From Blastocatellia bacterium (GTDB taxonomy: Bacteria > Acidobacteriota > Blastocatellia > RBC074): DNA of 51,309 nucleotides. Made by a program: the position numbers and the translations under genes. The notes beneath the pieces were generated by a model. The model did no database searches. It was not told where the DNA came from and saw only the letters and a program-made list of their open reading frames with translations. Position 1 is the first letter of the stretch. The number at the start of each line of letters is the position of its first letter. This document shows positions 46,369-51,309 of the stretch, in pieces. The stretch lies in NCBI GenBank assembly GCA_035275805.1, contig DATEMG010000282.1:1-51309 (forward strand). Direction: 5' to 3'.

Positions 46369-49300
46369 TCATGGCTCTTTGTCGAAATAGCGCAGCTTGT
46401 GCTTGACCTTCTCCACCGCCGCGCGCGCCGCTTCTTTTACCTCATCCGACTCATCGGTCGCCGCAAGTCGCTCTAACTCAGTCAGGCAAGGCTCCTTGAC
46501 GTAATAGCCTACCACCTCCGCCGCCTTGCGCCGGACGGAATTCTTCTTATCGTCCAGAGCTAGCATCAATCCCGCCGCGAAATTTTCGGCCTTATCAGCG
46601 GCTATGCTGCCCAGCGCAGATGCCGCGCGCCCTCGAACATCAGACTCCTGAGCCTCAAGCAGAGCTTTGAGCAAAGCGTCCACGGCTCGCTCCGAACCGA
46701 TGCTGCCCAGCGCCTCTGCCGCGTCCCCTCGAACATAAAACTCCTGATCTTCGAGCAGAGCTTTGAGCAAAGCGTCCACGGCTTGCTCCGAACCGATGCT
46801 GCCCAGCGCCTCTGCCGCGCGCCATCGAACATCAGACTTCTGATCTTCGAGCAGAGCTTTGAGCAAAGCGTCCACGGCTCGCTCCGAACCGATGCTGCCC
46901 AGCGCCTCTGCCGCGTTCCCTCGAACATAAGACTTCTGATCTTCAAGCAGGGCTTTGAGCAAAGCGTCCACGGCCCGCTCCGAACCGATGCTACCCAGCG
47001 CCTCTGCCGCGCGCCATCGAACAGAAGGCTCCTGAGCTTCGAGCAGAGCTTTGAGCAAAGCGTCCACGGCCCGCTCCGAACCGATGCTGCCCAGCGCCTC
47101 TGCCGCACTCCCTCGAACACCAGACTCCTGAGTTTCGAGCAGGGCTTTGAATAAAGCGTCCACGGCTCGCTCCGAACCGATGCTGCCCAGCGCCTCTGCC
47201 GCGCGCCCTCGAACATAAGACTCCTGATCTTCGAGCAGGGCTTTGAGCAAAGCGTCCACGGCCCGCTCCGAACCGATGCTGCCCAGCGCCTCTGCCGCGC
47301 GCCCTCGAACAGAAGAATCGTTGGCGCTGTCCAGACGTGCGGCGACGCCGAGCGCGACGGGGTCGAGCGCTTCCCCTCGCGCTTGAGCGAATGCCCGGAC
47401 GACGGAGTGGAAATAAGGCGTCGCTTCGGGTTTCGCGGAGGTGATGAAATCATCGAGACGCTGGAGCATCTTTTGCAGCGTTTGCGGTTTTACCTTTGCC
47501 GAGGCCAGGCCGCGAGCGCGAAGCCGCAGCAGTTTGTGATCGAGCGATTCGGGCAATTGCTCCAGCGTTTCGTACATGCGGTCGGGATTGCGAACAATGC
47601 TCAGCGCCATCGGCAGCGTCTCCATCTCGACCAGCAGAGGATGGAAACAGGCGCGGACGAAGACGCTTTCGCAATCGGCATGGGCAGCCAAAGCTTTAGC
47701 GGCCAGGTATTCCTGCAAGGTCAGGTGCGAAAAAGACCAGACGTTTTCGGCCACTTCGCGCACCATCGGCGTGGCCGTCACATCGGCGGCCAGAGTGAAC
47801 GCTTCCCGAGCGTCCCGGCAAAAGCGCCGCGCCGAGGCTTCGATGAAATCGGTGGTGAAGGCGACACGCTCAGCCTCTTTGCCCTGTTCGACGCCGTCGT
47901 CGAAAAGACGATCGAACGCCAGTTGATTGAGGAAAGCCAGCTTCAGACGGCCATCGTGATCGTCAAGCCTGAATCGTTCGACATTCTTCTGGCTGTCGAT
48001 CCTCGCGGCCAGGTCAGCGACAATGCCTTCGTAAAGTTTCAGCCGGTCAGTTTCGACTTTACCACTTAGACGGATACGCCGCACGATGGCGCTAATCAGC
48101 GTCGGCACGCTGACCAGATCGCTCAGGTCGGGGCTCACCAACTTGGGCAAAAGCTTTCGGCCTTCATCCTTGCCGAAGTAATGATCGAGGAAAAGCGCGA
48201 TCTGGTCGCGGTTGAACGGGGCGATCTCCATCTCTTCAGCCTTGCCGAACCGGCGGTCGCGTAACGCGAAAGGCCGCGACGAGATGATCATCAGGTTATT
48301 GCCGTGATCTTCGACAAAACGATTGATCGAATCGCAGAGATGAGAGAAATGCTTCTCCCATCCGCGGACTTCATCCAATCCGTCGAGTAACGCGACGATC
48401 TCGCCCGATTCGAGCCGCCGCGCAAATTCGTCCCGCAACCGTTCACGCCCTGCTCCGTTCGCGTCCGGCTTCTTCAACAATTCCGTGGCGGCGTGGTCGA
48501 ACAAGACGGATTCGAGCCTGACATCGGCGCCATTGAACGATTCCTTGTTGAGTCCTTTCATCTCGACGAAGATCGGAATGCGTTTCGGATCGTTGTCGCA
48601 GACCTGCAGCGCCAGCCATCGCATCAACGTCGTTTTGCCGCATCCTGGAGCGCCCGCAATCACCGCAGGCTCCCGGCGTTTCAACAGGTCTTCAGGCTTG
48701 ATCCGGCGTTGGGCTTCCCGGTCTTTGCGAGGCCGGGAACCGAAAGCAGCGTAGCGGGCGCGTAACTCGGAGTCCCACATCCCCATCCATTCATCGTTGG
48801 CGGTCGGGCGGCTGTAACTCTCGTTGATGGACAATTCGACGAAGACCCGTTTCAGTTCATGGGCTTCAGTTTCGCCGAGCAGCGTTATCTTGCCGTACTT
48901 TTTCCTGATCTGATCGCGGTAAGCTGTGAGCAGGTTTTCGATTGATTGCGCCGAAGCTGTCTGCGCCGAGTCATTCCGTAAAGCGGCGGGCGAACCGAGT
49001 TTGAATTTGTCGCGGATGAAGTTGGTCAGGTGATTGCGGACTATGTCTTCGAAATCCTTTTCATCGTTGTAACCCCACCACAATCCTTTGGCGGGGAATT
49101 TCTCTTTGAACCCCAGCACTTGCACCCACTGTTCGCCCTCGCTCTTCGATTGCGGGTAGTAGGGTTTTTGGCTGAAGTAGACGAAAATTTGCGGGCTGCG
49201 TTTCTCGTTCCAGGCGCAGATGGCTAGATTGATCTCGTGCTCGGTTCCGGTCTGGCCGTCGGCGGTCGGCGTGCCGAATTTTTTCCAGAAAATTCCGATC

Positions 49301-49530
49301 AGCAGGTCGCAGTCCGTGATTTTTATGATCGGATCAATCAGACCTTGCGGGCCTTCGGGGTGAAATCCGGGATACGCGTCTGTTTCCCAGCGCGACAACA
49401 CGAGGCTCAGCCCGCGGTCGGCGGCGACGCCGCGATTCAATTCCTCGATCACATTCGGCAATAGATCACGTTCGGCTTTCACATCACTGGGCGATGCGAC
49501 TACGATTCTGAGGTCTCGCTTTTGCACCAT
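46369..49530 (-). CDS. STAND NTPase: TIR-like/DUF4062-like N-terminal domain, NACHT P-loop module, C-terminal HEAT-type repeats
   Basis: The N-terminal domain reads IVVASPSDVKAERD...CDLLIGIFWKKFGTPT...GTEHEI...IFVYF. Walker A is IAGAPGCGKTTL and Walker B is VALLDGLDEV. Nine units of VRxxAAEALGSIGSERAVDALLKALL follow. Start set at the ATG at 49530, preceded by AGGAG at 8 nt. Confidence 0.85.
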   Translation of the reverse strand: MVQKRDLRIVVASPSDVKAERDLLPNVIEELNRGVAADRGLSLVLSRWETDAYPGFHPEGPQGLIDPIIKITDCDLLIGIFWKKFGTPTADGQTGTEHEINLAICAWNEKRSPQIFVYFSQKPYYPQSKSEGEQWVQVLGFKEKFPAKGLWWGYNDEKDFEDIVRNHLTNFIRDKFKLGSPAALRNDSAQTASAQSIENLLTAYRDQIRKKYGKITLLGETEAHELKRVFVELSINESYSRPTANDEWMGMWDSELRARYAAFGSRPRKDREAQRRIKPEDLLKRREPAVIAGAPGCGKTTLMRWLALQVCDNDPKRIPIFVEMKGLNKESFNGADVRLESVLFDHAATELLKKPDANGAGRERLRDEFARRLESGEIVALLDGLDEVRGWEKHFSHLCDSINRFVEDHGNNLMIISSRPFALRDRRFGKAEEMEIAPFNRDQIALFLDHYFGKDEGRKLLPKLVSPDLSDLVSVPTLISAIVRRIRLSGKVETDRLKLYEGIVADLAARIDSQKNVERFRLDDHDGRLKLAFLNQLAFDRLFDDGVEQGKEAERVAFTTDFIEASARRFCRDAREAFTLAADVTATPMVREVAENVWSFSHLTLQEYLAAKALAAHADCESVFVRACFHPLLVEMETLPMALSIVRNPDRMYETLEQLPESLDHKLLRLRARGLASAKVKPQTLQKMLQRLDDFITSAKPEATPYFHSVVRAFAQARGEALDPVALGVAARLDSANDSSVRGRAAEALGSIGSERAVDALLKALLEDQESYVRGRAAEALGSIGSERAVDALFKALLETQESGVRGSAAEALGSIGSERAVDALLKALLEAQEPSVRWRAAEALGSIGSERAVDALLKALLEDQKSYVRGNAAEALGSIGSERAVDALLKALLEDQKSDVRWRAAEALGSIGSEQAVDALLKALLEDQEFYVRGDAAEALGSIGSERAVDALLKALLEAQESDVRGRAASALGSIAADKAENFAAGLMLALDDKKNSVRRKAAEVVGYYVKEPCLTELERLAATDESDEVKEAARAAVEKVKHKLRYFDKEP
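46639..47310 (-). repeat. Seven near-identical 96-bp tandem repeats (32-aa HEAT-type units) inside the STAND gene
   Basis: The ATGCTGCCCAGCGC landmark recurs at 46700, 46796, 46892, 46988, 47084, 47180 and 47276 (exact 96-nt period). Two degenerate units follow toward 46440. Confidence 0.95.
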
Positions 49531-49714
49531 AAGCAAAACTCCTGATTGGCCTGAATCAATGCGTCGCAATAGTGCGACATTCACGGCGAATGTTTCAAGG
49601 TTTTCTTTGGCGGTTGCCCGTGGGGAATCGAGTGGGCGATAATCGCCGCGCCCACAAAAAAGGCGCGCCCCTTGCGCCTGGTCCGGTGAAAGAAAGTCTC
49701 ATCAAAGAAAGTCA

Positions 49715-50731
49715 ATGAACATAAGACGTATTGATCTCTGGGTTCTGTTGATTTGTTGTTCGCTGCCGTTTGGCGGCTGCGCCACGCGCGAATTCGTCGC
49801 CGAGGCCGACGCGGGGAAAAAGAAGGTCGGCATCGTTTTCGACATCGGTGGCAAGGACGACCGTTCGTTTAACGCCGCCGCAAACACGGGCGTAGTGCGC
49901 GCGAAAAAAGATTTCCCGATCGTCCTGCGCGACGTTGAGCCTGGCGACCCGACTTCGATCGAGCCGGCGCTGCGAGTTTTCGCGCAATACGGCTACAACC
50001 TTATTACCGGTGTGGGATTCGCCCAGGGGCCGATCCTGAGAGAAGTGGCGAAGGATTACCCTCAGCTACATTTCGTGCTGATTGACTCTGTGGCCGATTC
50101 GCCGAACGTAGCCAGCCTGGTGTTCAGAGAGCACGAAGGGTCGTTCCTGGTCGGGATGATTGCGGCTTACGCCTCGAGGACCGGCGCGATCGGCTTCGTC
50201 GGCGGGATGGACATCCCGCTGATCCACAGGTTCAAGACCGGGTACGAGGAGGGCGCGCATTACGTCAATCCGAACATCAGAGTCATGCACAATTATGTCG
50301 GCATCACCGACGCGGCCTGGAACAACCCGGGCAAAGGGCGCGAACTGGCCAACGCGCAGTACGAGCAGGGCGCGGACGTGATCTTCCAGGCTGCCGGCAA
50401 TTCGGGGCTGGGCGTCTTCGACGCCGCCGAGGCTTACGACAAATTCGCCATCGGGGTCGACGCCAACCAGAACTGGGTCAAGCCCGGTCACGTCCTGACC
50501 AGCATGCTCAAACGGATCGACAACGCCGTTTACAGCATCGTCAAAGACGAGGTCGAGGGGAAATTCAAGGGCGGCGTTCATGTTTACGGCCTGGAGAACG
50601 ATGGCATCGGCTACGCGATTGACGAATACAACAGACATCTGATCCCATCTATAGTGATTGAAAAGGTCGAACAGGCTCGTCTCGACATCATCGCGGGCAA
50701 GATCAAAGTGACCGATGCAATGGCGAAGTGA
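49715..50731 (+). CDS. BMP-family (PnrA/Med-like) ABC-transporter substrate-binding lipoprotein
   Basis: Lipobox LPFGGC, VGIVFDIGGKDDRSFN, GVDANQ. Confidence 0.88.
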   Translation: MNIRRIDLWVLLICCSLPFGGCATREFVAEADAGKKKVGIVFDIGGKDDRSFNAAANTGVVRAKKDFPIVLRDVEPGDPTSIEPALRVFAQYGYNLITGVGFAQGPILREVAKDYPQLHFVLIDSVADSPNVASLVFREHEGSFLVGMIAAYASRTGAIGFVGGMDIPLIHRFKTGYEEGAHYVNPNIRVMHNYVGITDAAWNNPGKGRELANAQYEQGADVIFQAAGNSGLGVFDAAEAYDKFAIGVDANQNWVKPGHVLTSMLKRIDNAVYSIVKDEVEGKFKGGVHVYGLENDGIGYAIDEYNRHLIPSIVIEKVEQARLDIIAGKIKVTDAMAK

Positions 50732-50732
50732 A

Positions 50733-50769
50733 GCGACAGGGCGACAGGGCGACGGGGCGACGGGGCGAG
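50733..50769. repeat. GGCGAC-unit G-rich arm (family copy 3, left part)
   Basis: GCGACAGGGCGACAGGGCGACGGGGCGACGGGGCGAG, starting 2 nt after the BMP gene stop. Confidence 0.85.
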
Positions 50770-50813
50770 AAAATCCAGGTTGGACTGAAAAATATGACAG
50801 AGTAGGCGCCCGC

Positions 50814-51188
50814 ATGGAAAAGATCAAAGGTTACAAAGATCTTCGCGTTTATCAGGCTGCTATTGATGCAGCCATGTCAATCTTTACTCTGACGAAACAT
50901 TTCCCGCCCGAGGAGAAATACTCGATGGTTGACCAGATGCGTCGCTCGTCTCGCTCTGTTTGCGCCAAGATCGCTGAAGCTTGGCGCAAACGGCGATATC
51001 CCGCACATTTTGTCAGCAAGTTGAGCGATTCGGAAAGTGAAGCGGAAGAGACAAGGGTTTGGATCGAACTCGCGCATCGTTGTGGCTATCTGAAGAAGGA
51101 GAGGGCCGATGAACTTGATGACTGTTATGACAAGATCCTCGGACAGCTTGTTCTGATGATTAACGCTCCAGAGAAATGGACTCTGTGA
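50814..51188 (+). CDS. Four-helix-bundle protein (23S rRNA intervening-sequence protein / Avd-like family)
   Basis: YKDLRVYQAAIDAAMSIFTLTKHFPPEEKYSMVDQMRRSSRSVCAKIAEAWRKR...E is the family hallmark. Start set at MEKIKGY; the upstream part of the track ORF translates a repeat arm. Confidence 0.8.
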   Translation: MEKIKGYKDLRVYQAAIDAAMSIFTLTKHFPPEEKYSMVDQMRRSSRSVCAKIAEAWRKRRYPAHFVSKLSDSESEAEETRVWIELAHRCGYLKKERADELDDCYDKILGQLVLMINAPEKWTL

Positions 51189-51212
51189 CTTGAAGACTGA
51201 AAATGAAAATCT

Positions 51213-51260
51213 GGCGATGTGGCGACCGGGCGACCGGGTGATTTGGCGACTGGGCGAGGG
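51213..51260. repeat. GGCGAC-unit G-rich arm (family copy 3, right part, same orientation)
   Basis: GGCGATGTGGCGACCGGGCGACCGGGTGATTTGGCGACTGGGCGAGGGG. Any C-rich partner arm would lie beyond the window end. Confidence 0.8.
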
Positions 51261-51309
51261 GAGAAGGCGAAACGAGGGTAGGCAAGAATGAAAGCAAAAA
51301 TCTTCTTGT

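Noticed and set aside
46602-47453. 283-aa alternative-frame ORF and 123-aa antisense ORF across the 96-bp repeats.
   Set aside because: They stay open only because the repeat is periodic. The HEAT-type frame is continuous with the NACHT module.
50814-51188. The Avd-like four-helix-bundle gene considered as evidence for a diversity-generating retroelement.
   Set aside because: No reverse transcriptase, template repeat or variable repeat is visible within the window. The window ends 120 nt downstream, so this is rejected only for the visible sequence.

Overview
GC-rich chromosomal segment, gene-dense and mostly core metabolism. It is probably from an Acidobacteriota genome: it holds two paralogues with the 'VWFA-related acidobacterial' beta-sandwich + VWA architecture (inference, no search run). 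Recognisable genes in order: ftsA-ftsZ (end of a dcw cluster), an Hfq-like gene, pdxA, a Gfo/Idh/MocA oxidoreductase, a CDGSH protein plus citrate synthase, a glutaredoxin, a P1/DmpA-type peptidase, a sodium:solute symporter, nusB, a beta-propeller protein, an AraC regulator, DinB-fold proteins flanking radA, a BON protein, a class A PBP and an acyl-CoA synthetase. A minus-strand yvcK-like/glmU/zinc-ribbon/glmS run follows, then trmFO, a yacL-like PIN/TRAM gene with ispD-ispF, a HAD hydrolase, thymidine phosphorylase and a BMP-family lipoprotein. No rRNA, tRNA, CRISPR array or transposase gene was recognised. Four things stand out. (1) A lone 1053-aa STAND NTPase (TIR-like/DUF4062-like N-terminus, NACHT P-loop, HEAT-type repeats) sits on the opposite strand between two nucleoside-salvage genes. 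Its sensor end is seven near-identical 96-bp repeats that differ almost only at a small codon patch, so it is a candidate NLR-like immune sensor. (2) About nineteen intergenic hairpin elements have arms built from 6-8 nt tandem units. The unit sequence differs between loci while arm complementarity is kept. Several families are multi-copy, and many start within a few nt of a stop codon or abut a start codon. (3) A four-helix-bundle (rRNA-IVS/Avd-like) gene looks like a small cassette inserted into one of these repeat arms. (4) An ORF-free unit bounded by a promoter and a terminator is a candidate sRNA. A palindromic element has also been inserted into a terminator with a 20-bp duplication. All coordinates and motifs were read by eye; no database search was possible.
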